NCBI GenBank assembly: GCA_902624045.1
Contig: CACNVX010000004.1
Coordinates: forward strand, 683-64,682
Direction of reading: 5' to 3'
DNA: 64,000 nt
Source: an uncultured Pelagibacteraceae bacterium
GTDB lineage: Bacteria > Pseudomonadota > Alphaproteobacteria > Pelagibacterales > Pelagibacteraceae
Positions within the stretch are counted from its first letter, which is position 1, and each line of letters begins with the position of its first letter. The notes below the pieces were generated by a model. The model worked only from the letters and a program-made list of their open reading frames with translations. It did not search any database and was not told the DNA's origin. Shown piece by piece: positions 9,698 through 18,797 of the stretch. A program made the position numbers and the translations under genes.

Positions 9698-10816
9698 ATG
9701 AAAATAGGCGTACCTAGGGAAATAAAACCTCAAGAAAATAGAATTGGTTTAACTCCAGATAGCGTAAAAACTTTAGTATCAGAGGGCCATGAAGTGTTGG
9801 TTGAAAACAATGGTGGATTTGAAGCTGGTTTTGAGAATGACCAGTATATAAAGGCTGGAGCAAAAATAGTAGATGCAGCAGCTGATATTTTTAATGATTC
9901 AGAAATAATAGTTAAAGTAAAAGAACCTCAGAAAGTAGAAGTTGATATGATTAGAGAAAATCAAATCGTATATACTTATCTTCATTTAGCTGCTGCAAAG
10001 GAATTAACCGAGGGATTAATAAAATCTAAAAGTATTAATATCGCATATGAAACAGTAACTGATGATAATGGAAGATTGCCATTACTTGCTCCTATGAGTG
10101 CAGTTGCTGGGAGAATGTCAGTACAAGCTGGAGCTCATTGTCTAGAAAAAAATCAAAAAGGTAGAGGTGTGTTATTAGGAGGAGCACCAGGAGGTGAGCC
10201 AGCTAACGTATTAATTCTTGGAGGTGGAGTAGTAGGAGAAAACGCAGCAATAATTGCAACGGGAATGCAAGCTAAAGTTTATATAGTTGACAAGTCTGAG
10301 GCAAGATTAAAACAACTTGTTGAAATGTTTGGAGATAAAATTATTCCAGAGCAAAGTGATAAAACAGACTTGAATAAATTAGTTGCTGAGGCAGATTTAT
10401 TAGTTGGAGGAGTTTTGATACCTGGAGCGGAAGCTCCAAAATTAGTTACTAAAGATATGATAAAATTAATGAAAAGAGGCTCAGTAATTGTTGATGTTGC
10501 AATTGATCAAGGTGGCTGTGTTGAGACAAGCAAACCTACAACACATGGTGATCCAACATACATAGTTGATGATGTGGTTCATTACTGTGTCGCAAATATG
10601 CCTGGTGGTGTTCCTAGAACGTCTACCTTTGCATTAAACAAGGCAACTCTTCCTTATTTAGCAAGACTAGCAAATAAAGGTTATCAAAAAGCTTTAAGTG
10701 AAGATAAAAACTTTTTAGCTGGATTAAATGTTCATAAAGGATACGTAACCTATAAAGCAGTTGCTGATGTATTTAAACATGAATATGTTGACCCAGGAGA
10801 AGCAATTAAAAGTTAA
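9698..10816 (+). CDS. ald: Alanine dehydrogenase
   Basis: IGVPREIKPQENR, YLHLA, GGGVVG, DVAIDQGG, VANMPG. Confidence 0.95.
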   Translation: MKIGVPREIKPQENRIGLTPDSVKTLVSEGHEVLVENNGGFEAGFENDQYIKAGAKIVDAAADIFNDSEIIVKVKEPQKVEVDMIRENQIVYTYLHLAAAKELTEGLIKSKSINIAYETVTDDNGRLPLLAPMSAVAGRMSVQAGAHCLEKNQKGRGVLLGGAPGGEPANVLILGGGVVGENAAIIATGMQAKVYIVDKSEARLKQLVEMFGDKIIPEQSDKTDLNKLVAEADLLVGGVLIPGAEAPKLVTKDMIKLMKRGSVIVDVAIDQGGCVETSKPTTHGDPTYIVDDVVHYCVANMPGGVPRTSTFALNKATLPYLARLANKGYQKALSEDKNFLAGLNVHKGYVTYKAVADVFKHEYVDPGEAIKS

Positions 10817-10820
10817 ATAG

Positions 10821-13265
10821 ATGGAAAAGAAACTACCAGCTAGTACAAAAGTTGTTGTTATTGGTGGCGGTGTAGTAGGTTGTTCTGTGGCCTATCATCT
10901 AGCTAAATTTGGTTGGAAAGATACAATTCTTTTAGAAAGAGATCAGCTTACATCAGGAACAACTTGGCATGCTGCTGGATTAGTAAGTCAATTAGGTCCA
11001 TCTGCTGCAATAACTAAAATTAGAAAATATACTTTAGACTTATATAAAGAACTTGAGAGAGAGGTAGATCATTCTGCAGGTTTAAGGCTGAATGGTGCAC
11101 TTTCAATAGCTCAGAATAAAGGTAGATGGCAAGAACTTAAAAGACAAGCAACAACCGCTCAATTGTATGATGTTGATGTAAGAATTTTAGATAAAGATCA
11201 AGTTAAAAAAGATTATCCAATCATAAATACAGATGAGGTAATTGGTGGAATCCTAATGCCAGGAGATGGAGCCGCAGATCCATCAGGGGTAACACACATG
11301 CTTGCTAAAGGTGCAAGAAAGCATGGAGCACAAATTTTTGAAAAATCACCAGTAGAGGAAATTTTAACGAGAGACGGAAAAATTTCAGGAGTTAAAGTTA
11401 ATGGCCAAAAAATTGATTGTGAATATATTGTTTTAGCTTCAGGTATGTGGTCGAGACAAATTGGAGAAAAAGCTGGAGTAAGCATCCCGCTTTATCCTGC
11501 AGAACACTTCTATATCATTACAGAACCAATAGAAAATCTGTCAAAAACTTTACCTGTTATTAGAGATTTTGATAATCGAACTTATATAAAAGAGGATGCA
11601 GGGAAAATATTGTTAGGAATTTTTGAGGGAAATTCAATTCCTGCATGGGATAAAACAAACAAAGTTCCAGAAAATTTTTCATTCGGTGAATTTCAAGAAA
11701 ATTTTGAACATTTTCAACCATACTTAGAGTCTGCAATAAAAAGATTTCCAGTTTTAGAAAAAGCTGGAATTAGAAAATTTTTCTCAGGCCCAGAATCTTT
11801 TACGCCAGATACAAACACTTTGTTAGGTGAGGTCCCAGAGGTAAAAAACTTTTTTGTATGTTGTGGGTTAAACAGTATTGGTATTGGAAGTGGAGGGGGT
11901 GTTGGTAAAGTTACAGCAGAATGGTTGATGACTGGTCATATCAATGAGGATATTTTCAGTTATGATATAAAAAGATTTCAAAAGTTTCATTCAGAAATAA
12001 ATTTTATTAAACCAAGAATTACAGAAACATTGGGTGATCTATACGGAATGCATTGGCCATTTAAACAACATAAAACTTCTAGAAATATTAAAACTCTTCC
12101 ACATCATGATAATTTAAAAAGTTTTGGTGCATGTTTTGGTGTTTCAGGAGGATATGAGCGGCCAATGTGGTTTGCTTTAGATGGAGAAAAACCTGAATAC
12201 GAATATAGTTATAATTATCAAAGCTGGTATCCATCAGCAGAGTATGAGACCAATAATACAATAAAAAATGTTGGTTTGTTTGATCTTTCGCCTTTTTCTA
12301 AGTTTGAAATAAAGTCAGACAAAGCACACAAAGAACTACAAAAAATTTGTACTGCCAATATTAAAAATGAACCTGGCAAATGTATCTATACGCATATGCT
12401 TAACCCTGACGGAGGGATAGAGGCAGATTTAACAGTTGTTTGTATTGAGAAAAATTATTTTAGAATAATAAGTTCTGCGGCAACAAGAGAAAGAGATAAA
12501 TTTCATATAAAAAAATATCTCTCTAAAGATATCGAAGTAAAAGATATTACAGATGATTTATGTGTATTTGGATTATTTGGTCCTAAAAGTAGAGAGTTGA
12601 TAAAAACAATATCTGAAGATAATTTTGATAATGATAACTTTAAATTTGGTACAGCAAAAAATATAACAATTGAAGATAAAAATATTTGGGCCCAAAGATT
12701 ATCTTATGTAGGTGAGTTGGGATATGAATTATATGTTGATTTTAAAGATGCAAAAAATATTTTTGAATTGATTATTGATAAAGGTAAAAATTATAATCTT
12801 TCCAATTGTGGCATGCATGCGTTGGATATTATGCGAATGGAAAGTGGATTTTTACACTGGGGACAAGATATTTCACCAGAGGAAAATCAATATCAAGCAG
12901 GGTTATCTTTTACAATTAGTAAAAAAAAAGAAGTAGAATTTATAGGTAAACACTCATTGGAAAAAATTAAACAAACAAAGATAAAAAGTAAATTCGCAAT
13001 GTTTACCTTAAAAGATAGTGAACCAGGCAAACCTTTACTACTTCATGATGAGCCAATTTATCTTGGAGATAAAATTGTTGGTAGAACAACCTCTGGAAAC
13101 TATTCATTTAATTTTAAAAAAAACTTAGCATTTGGGTATATTGATAAAGACATTTTAGATAAAGAGATAAAAAACTATGACTTTTATATTGAGGTTGAAA
13201 AAACAAAATATCCTGCAGATTTGTTAAAAAAACCTCTAAAACAAACTGATTATAAGATAATTTAG
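10821..13265 (+). CDS. FAD-dependent amine oxidoreductase fused to a GcvT domain (dimethylglycine/sarcosine dehydrogenase family)
   Basis: IGGGVVG, SGTTWHAAG, GPESFTPD; C-terminal folate-binding domain with SYVGELGYE and RMESG. Confidence 0.9.
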   Translation: MEKKLPASTKVVVIGGGVVGCSVAYHLAKFGWKDTILLERDQLTSGTTWHAAGLVSQLGPSAAITKIRKYTLDLYKELEREVDHSAGLRLNGALSIAQNKGRWQELKRQATTAQLYDVDVRILDKDQVKKDYPIINTDEVIGGILMPGDGAADPSGVTHMLAKGARKHGAQIFEKSPVEEILTRDGKISGVKVNGQKIDCEYIVLASGMWSRQIGEKAGVSIPLYPAEHFYIITEPIENLSKTLPVIRDFDNRTYIKEDAGKILLGIFEGNSIPAWDKTNKVPENFSFGEFQENFEHFQPYLESAIKRFPVLEKAGIRKFFSGPESFTPDTNTLLGEVPEVKNFFVCCGLNSIGIGSGGGVGKVTAEWLMTGHINEDIFSYDIKRFQKFHSEINFIKPRITETLGDLYGMHWPFKQHKTSRNIKTLPHHDNLKSFGACFGVSGGYERPMWFALDGEKPEYEYSYNYQSWYPSAEYETNNTIKNVGLFDLSPFSKFEIKSDKAHKELQKICTANIKNEPGKCIYTHMLNPDGGIEADLTVVCIEKNYFRIISSAATRERDKFHIKKYLSKDIEVKDITDDLCVFGLFGPKSRELIKTISEDNFDNDNFKFGTAKNITIEDKNIWAQRLSYVGELGYELYVDFKDAKNIFELIIDKGKNYNLSNCGMHALDIMRMESGFLHWGQDISPEENQYQAGLSFTISKKKEVEFIGKHSLEKIKQTKIKSKFAMFTLKDSEPGKPLLLHDEPIYLGDKIVGRTTSGNYSFNFKKNLAFGYIDKDILDKEIKNYDFYIEVEKTKYPADLLKKPLKQTDYKII

Positions 13266-13316
13266 TTAATTCTCTATTAGATTGAATTTTATATAAATAC
13301 CTGATTAATTAATGTT

Positions 13317-13526
13317 GTGAAAAAATCATTTAATTATATTTCATCAGAAAATACAGAAAGTTCCTCAAATAAAAATATAGAATTTGATAAGATTAAGACC
13401 ACTAATGTAAATATTTTACTAAATAGAGTTAGATTAGATCAAAAAAGAACATTAAAAAAAAAAATTGTTTTTTCAATTATTTTAGCTGGTTTAGTTAGTT
13501 TGTTAGCAGTTTATTTTATTATTTAG
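13317..13526 (+). CDS. Small protein with C-terminal membrane anchor (hypothetical)
   Basis: 69 aa; NVNILLNRVRLDQKRTLKKK then a TM helix; paralog-like to 3168..3365. Confidence 0.6.
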   Translation: MKKSFNYISSENTESSSNKNIEFDKIKTTNVNILLNRVRLDQKRTLKKKIVFSIILAGLVSLLAVYFII

Positions 13527-13594
13527 TTTAGAATTTGATTTAAAAAGTTTATTGAAACAATAAAGATTTATATTATAAATCATTTATCAATTAA

Positions 13595-13671
13595 GGCGGG
13601 GTAGCTCAGTTGGTTAGAGCGCGGGACTCATAAGCCCGAGGTCAGTGGTTCGATCCCACTTCCCGCTACCA
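13595..13671 (+). tRNA. tRNA with CAT anticodon (probably elongator tRNA-Met)
   Basis: 77-nt cloverleaf GGCGGGGTAGCTCAGTTGGTTAGAGC...CTCATAA...GGTTCGATCC...ACCA with encoded CCA; G1 rather than the C1 of initiator tRNA. Confidence 0.93.
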
Positions 13672-13678
13672 AAAAACT

Positions 13679-14197
13679 ATGAAAGATATTTACATAAGTT
13701 GGGAAGATTATCATAAAAAGATAGAGCAATTAGCTAAAAAGGTTCATGAAGATAATTGTAAATTTAACCAAATTATTTGTATTGCCAAAGGAGGATTAAG
13801 AGTTGGTGATGTATTTAGTAGATTATTTGATGTTCCTTTAGGCATATTATCTGTTGAATCTTATCATGGCAAAAGTGATGATATTAAAAACCAGCAAGGA
13901 CAATTTACTTTTTCAAGAGATTTGGCGAAGACTACTCCTAATTTAGGTTCCCATGTTTTATTAGTTGATGATCTTGCTGACTCAGGAAAAACATTAATAA
14001 AAAGTATTAAATGGCTTGAACATTTTTATGGTTTTTATTTTGATGAAAAAATTAAAACAGCAGTTATTTGGCACAAATCAACTTCAAAATTTAAACCTGA
14101 TTATTCTGTAGATTATTTAGAAGATTCTCCATGGATACATATGCCATTTGAGAAATACGAAACTACAAATATAAAAGATTTTAAGTTTAAAAAATAA
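13679..14197 (+). CDS. Purine phosphoribosyltransferase (xanthine/hypoxanthine-guanine, Gpt-like)
   Basis: ISWEDY, IAKGG, VLLVDDLADSGKT PRPP motif, WIHMPFE. Confidence 0.8.
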   Translation: MKDIYISWEDYHKKIEQLAKKVHEDNCKFNQIICIAKGGLRVGDVFSRLFDVPLGILSVESYHGKSDDIKNQQGQFTFSRDLAKTTPNLGSHVLLVDDLADSGKTLIKSIKWLEHFYGFYFDEKIKTAVIWHKSTSKFKPDYSVDYLEDSPWIHMPFEKYETTNIKDFKFKK

Positions 14198-15232
14198 TTA
14201 TTTAATTAAACTATCATTATACTGATTGGATACCCTAACAAATGTCGTGCATTTACTTAATTGTTTAAGCGAAGGAGCACCAACATAAGTGCAACTACTT
14301 CTTACACCACCAAGAATATTTAATATTGTATCATTAATTTTTCCTCTGTATTTTACACGAACCTTTCTTCCTTCGCTACTTCTATAAGATGAAAGTCCAC
14401 CATAATGTTTTTTATTTGCAACCTCAGAACTTGATCCATAGAATTCTATATATTTTTCACCATTTACTTTTACAATTTTACCATTTCCTTCATCGTGTCC
14501 AGCCAGCATACCTCCAAGCATTACAAAGTCAGCACCACCTCCAAAACCTTTAGCTACATCACCAGGACATGTGCATCCACCATCTGCTATCACATGAGCG
14601 CCAAGTCCATGTGCTGCATCAGCACATTCTATTACCGCACTTAATTGTGGATAACCAACCCCAGTTTGAATTCTTGTTGTACAAACACTTCCAGGGCCAA
14701 TTCCAACTTTAACAATATCTGCTCCACTTAGAACTAATTCTTGAGTCATGTCTGCTGTTACCACGTTGCCAGCAATAATTGTTTTAGTTGGGTATTTATC
14801 TCTTACAGATTTTATAAAATTTGTAAAATGTTCTGTGTATCCATTAGCAACATCAATACATATAAATTTAAAAAAACTAAATTCTTTTAAAACCTTATCT
14901 AAATTTTGAAAATCTTCTTTTTTTATTCCAACACTTAGAGCAATATTTGAATATATTTTTTTAATATTTTTGTTTTGTTTAATTTTTTTTACGTCATGTT
15001 GTTTTGTTAAAGATGTAATCATTCCATATTCATTTAATTTTTCAGCAATAGTTAATTCTCCAACTCCATCCATATTTGCCGCCATTATTGGAATACCTGA
15101 CCATTCATTTTTACTGTATTTAAATCTGTATGTACGTAATAGATTTACGTCTTTACGGCTTTTTAATGTACTTCTCTTAGGTCTAAACAGGACATCTGAA
15201 TAATCCAATTTGAGCTCTTCTTCAATTCTCAT
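14198..15232 (-). CDS. guaC: GMP reductase
   Basis: MRIEEELKLDYSDVLFRPKRS, CIDVANGY, KVGIGPGSVCTTR. Confidence 0.95.
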   Translation of the reverse strand: MRIEEELKLDYSDVLFRPKRSTLKSRKDVNLLRTYRFKYSKNEWSGIPIMAANMDGVGELTIAEKLNEYGMITSLTKQHDVKKIKQNKNIKKIYSNIALSVGIKKEDFQNLDKVLKEFSFFKFICIDVANGYTEHFTNFIKSVRDKYPTKTIIAGNVVTADMTQELVLSGADIVKVGIGPGSVCTTRIQTGVGYPQLSAVIECADAAHGLGAHVIADGGCTCPGDVAKGFGGGADFVMLGGMLAGHDEGNGKIVKVNGEKYIEFYGSSSEVANKKHYGGLSSYRSSEGRKVRVKYRGKINDTILNILGGVRSSCTYVGAPSLKQLSKCTTFVRVSNQYNDSLIK

Positions 15233-15303
15233 CGCATGTTAAATTATAACCATAAAAATTTATTTCAAATTAATATATGGCCTGTGGATAAGTTTTTTAT
15301 AGC

Positions 15304-15831
15304 TTAATGTCCTGGAAATTCGATTAAATTCTCTACTTTATAATTATTTTTGATCAAATTATCTGACCCACCTAAATCAAAGAGATTTATTACAAACACA
15401 AATGCTGCAACTTTTCCTTTTGAAATTTCAACTAATTTTGCAGCTGCTTCAGCTGTGCCACCTGTTGCAACAAGGTCATCAACAATTAAAACCGAATCCT
15501 CTTCATTAATTGAATCTTTATGAACCTCAATAGTCGCGGTACCATACTCAAGCTCAAAATCTATAGAGTGAACGTCAGCAGGCAGCTTATTTTTTTTTCT
15601 TAGCATTATAAATGGTTTATTTAAAATATATGAAACTGCAGATGCAAATACAAAGCCTCTTGATTCAATCGCTGCAATTTTTGTAAAATTGTATTTTTTT
15701 GATCTTTCAACAATTTGATTAATAGTTTCTGCAAAAGCATTTTCGTTTTTTATTAAAGTAGTAATATCTCTAAATAAAATGCCTTTTTTGGGATAGTCAG
15801 GAATTGATCTAATATAATCTTTTAAGTTCAT
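15304..15831 (-). CDS. apt: Adenine phosphoribosyltransferase
   Basis: IPDYPKKGILFRDIT, LEYG, VDDLVATGGT. Confidence 0.95.
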   Translation of the reverse strand: MNLKDYIRSIPDYPKKGILFRDITTLIKNENAFAETINQIVERSKKYNFTKIAAIESRGFVFASAVSYILNKPFIMLRKKNKLPADVHSIDFELEYGTATIEVHKDSINEEDSVLIVDDLVATGGTAEAAAKLVEISKGKVAAFVFVINLFDLGGSDNLIKNNYKVENLIEFPGH

Positions 15832-15872
15832 AATAGTTAATAATAAAAGTATAAATAAATAAATTTAAAATT

Positions 15873-16745
15873 ATGACAACAAATAAATTAGCAATTATTG
15901 GTGGAAGTGGTCTTTATGACGTAGAAGAATTCAAAAATAGAGAATTACTGAATTTAAACACACCATGGGGCAAGCCTTCTGATCAAATTTTAAAAACAAA
16001 TTATAATACTAAAGAAGTTTATTTTTTACCTAGACATGGAAGAGGGCATTTTATTTCTCCTACTAATATTAATTTTAGGGCAAATATAGATGCACTTAAG
16101 CAATTAGGTGTGACTGATATTGTATCAGTTTCAGCAGTCGGTTCTTTAAAAGAAGAACTACCTCCAGGTAAATTTGTAATTGTTGATCAATTCATAGATA
16201 GAACTTTTGCAAGAGTAAAAACTTTCTTTGACGACGAAATTGTAGCCCATGTATCAATGGCCCATCCAACCTCAAATGGCTTAATGAACGCTTGTGAAGA
16301 TGCAATCAAAAAATCAAATATAGATTATCAAAGAAATGGAACTTACGTTGTTATGGAAGGTCCACAATTTTCTACTTTAGCAGAATCTAATTTATATAGA
16401 TCATGGAAAGCAGATGTGATTGGCATGACGAATATGCCAGAAGCAAAATTAGCAAGAGAAGCTGAAATTAGATATGCATCAGTTTCTATGGTTACAGATT
16501 TTGATTGTTGGCATCCAGATCATGAAAATGTTGACGTACAACAAGTAATTAAAGTTTTATTAGGAAACGCTGAAAAAGCAAAAATCATGATTAAAAATTT
16601 GATTAATAATTTTGAAAGTTATATTGATCCAAAGGACCCCACTAATAATTGTTTAGATGTAGCAATTATTACTGCTCCAGAAAAAAGAACAAAAAAGACT
16701 ATAGATAAATTAAAAACTATAGCAGGTAGAGTTTTAAATAAATGA
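15873..16745 (+). CDS. mtnP: S-methyl-5'-thioadenosine phosphorylase
   Basis: IIGGSG, LPRHG, EGPQFST, GMT, VTDFDCWH (DxD amino-purine specificity). Confidence 0.92.
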   Translation: MTTNKLAIIGGSGLYDVEEFKNRELLNLNTPWGKPSDQILKTNYNTKEVYFLPRHGRGHFISPTNINFRANIDALKQLGVTDIVSVSAVGSLKEELPPGKFVIVDQFIDRTFARVKTFFDDEIVAHVSMAHPTSNGLMNACEDAIKKSNIDYQRNGTYVVMEGPQFSTLAESNLYRSWKADVIGMTNMPEAKLAREAEIRYASVSMVTDFDCWHPDHENVDVQQVIKVLLGNAEKAKIMIKNLINNFESYIDPKDPTNNCLDVAIITAPEKRTKKTIDKLKTIAGRVLNK

Positions 16746-17815
16746 GAATAGAAGGAAAAGAGTATCGAACTATTTGGTTTGAAAATAATGTTGTCAAAAT
16801 TATTGATCAAACAAAACTTCCTCACCGATTTATAATTAAAGAACTTAAAACTGTAAATGATGCAATAAATGCAATTAAAGTAATGGAGGTAAGAGGCGCA
16901 CCTCTAATTGGTGGCACAGCTGCTTATGGTCTAGCTTTGGCAGCTCAAGAAAATAGCAATTCAGAATTTATTAAAAAAAGTGCAGAAGAATTAATTAAAT
17001 CAAGACCTACTGCTATAAATTTAAAGTGGGCTGTAGATCGTATGATAAAAAAATTGTCAGGAATTAATAGTGATCAAATTTTAGATGTAGCTTTAAATGA
17101 GGCCAAAGAAATATGCGATGAGGATGAAAAATTTTGTGAAAATATTGGTATTAATGGATTAAAAATAATTGAAGAAATTTATAGTAAAAAGAAGGATACA
17201 GTTAATATCTTAACTCATTGTAATGCAGGCTGGTTAGCAACAATTAATTGGGGAACAGCAACTTCACCAATTTATCATGCTAATAAAAAAGGAATTCCAG
17301 TTCATGTATGGGTAGACGAAACAAGACCAAGAAACCAAGGTGCAAATTTAACATCATATGAACTAAATGAAGAAGAAATTCCAAATACTATTATTGCTGA
17401 TAATACAGGTGGAATTTTAATGCAAAGAGGTGAGGTTGATTTGTGCATTGTTGGTACTGATAGAACTTTGTCTAATGGAGATGTTTGTAATAAAATTGGT
17501 ACTTATCTTAAAGCTTTAGCTGCCCATGATAACAGTGTTCCCTTTTATGTGGCCCTGCCAAGTTCAACAATTGATTGGGATATTAAAGATGCGAAAGATA
17601 TTCCAATTGAGGAAAGAAGCTCTGAAGAATTATCTCACGTAGAAGGAGTTGATGAAAATAATGAAATTAAGAAAATTTTAATTTATCCTAGCAAAAGTAA
17701 AGCAATGAATTTAGCTTTTGATGTAACTCCTGCAAAATACGTTACTGGTTTAATTACAGAAAAAGGGATTTCCAAAGCTTCTACTGAAAGTTTAAAAAAA
17801 TTATTTAATAAATAA
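16742..17815 (+). CDS. mtnA: Methylthioribose-1-phosphate isomerase
   Basis: IDQT, VRGAP, RPTAINL, THCNAG, ETRP, NKIGTY. Confidence 0.95.
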   Translation: MRIEGKEYRTIWFENNVVKIIDQTKLPHRFIIKELKTVNDAINAIKVMEVRGAPLIGGTAAYGLALAAQENSNSEFIKKSAEELIKSRPTAINLKWAVDRMIKKLSGINSDQILDVALNEAKEICDEDEKFCENIGINGLKIIEEIYSKKKDTVNILTHCNAGWLATINWGTATSPIYHANKKGIPVHVWVDETRPRNQGANLTSYELNEEEIPNTIIADNTGGILMQRGEVDLCIVGTDRTLSNGDVCNKIGTYLKALAAHDNSVPFYVALPSSTIDWDIKDAKDIPIEERSSEELSHVEGVDENNEIKKILIYPSKSKAMNLAFDVTPAKYVTGLITEKGISKASTESLKKLFNK

Positions 17816-17819
17816 ATAT

Positions 17820-18797
17820 ATGGAATCTGTAAGAATGGTTGAAGTTACAAGAAGTGGTGAAATTGAAAGCTTTCATCAAGGGGTTGCAGTATTAATCAAT
17901 TCATCAGGGGATATTTTAAAAGAGTGGGGAAATTCTGACATAAATATATATCCAAGATCAGCATTAAAACCAATTCAAACTTTAAATCTTTATAAAGACG
18001 GCATAGCAAGCTCTATGGAACTCACTGAAGAACAAATAGCAATTACAACAGCATCACATCATGCTGAAAAATTTCATCAAGAAATAATTTTGAATTGGTT
18101 TAAAAAAATTAATATAAAAGAAGAAAATCTTTCTTGTGGTCATGACTGGCCATGGAATTTGGAGGACAAATTTAGGGAAAAATTAGAGAATAAAAATAAA
18201 AGAAGAATTTATCATAATTGTTCGGGAAAACATTGTGGGCATCTGGCAGTATGTAAACATAAAGATTTAACCTTAGAAAATTACCATGAAAAAACACATC
18301 CTTTGCAAAAGGATTTAATTAAATTAATTGAAGATTTATCAGATTATAAGATAAAAAATATTGGAATTGACGGTTGTACTCTTCCAAATCCCTTGATGCC
18401 TTTGAAAAAATTTGCTTTAGCAGTATCTCGATTAACAGATGATAAAAAATTAAACGAAAATAAAGATATAGCAAAAAAAATATTTAACTCATGCGTAAAT
18501 TTTCCTGAGATAACTGGAGGCACAAATAGTGTTAATTGTATTTTAACAAAACTTTCAAAAGGAAAAATATTTTTCAAAAATGGTGCAGAAGGAGTATTTT
18601 TAGCTTTAATACCTGAAATAAAATCTGCACTTGTAGTTAAAATTTTAGACGGTGCAGCGAGGGCAGCTGAAACTGCAATAGCAGGATTAATTTCTGAGCT
18701 AAATATTATTGATGAAAATGAACTAGCAAAGATTAAATCTAGTGAAGTTACAAATTCTATAGGTCAAAAAATTGGAAAATTGAGATATGCGTTATAA
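17820..18797 (+). CDS. L-asparaginase II (class 3, Rhizobium AnsA-like) family protein
   Basis: RSALKPIQ, ASH, NCSGKH, DGC, KNGAEG motifs. Confidence 0.85.
   Translation: MESVRMVEVTRSGEIESFHQGVAVLINSSGDILKEWGNSDINIYPRSALKPIQTLNLYKDGIASSMELTEEQIAITTASHHAEKFHQEIILNWFKKINIKEENLSCGHDWPWNLEDKFREKLENKNKRRIYHNCSGKHCGHLAVCKHKDLTLENYHEKTHPLQKDLIKLIEDLSDYKIKNIGIDGCTLPNPLMPLKKFALAVSRLTDDKKLNENKDIAKKIFNSCVNFPEITGGTNSVNCILTKLSKGKIFFKNGAEGVFLALIPEIKSALVVKILDGAARAAETAIAGLISELNIIDENELAKIKSSEVTNSIGQKIGKLRYAL

Noticed and set aside
13595-14197. tRNA-Met as an integration site for an island or prophage
   Set aside because: No integrase, and I found no duplicated tRNA 3' end in the window by eye
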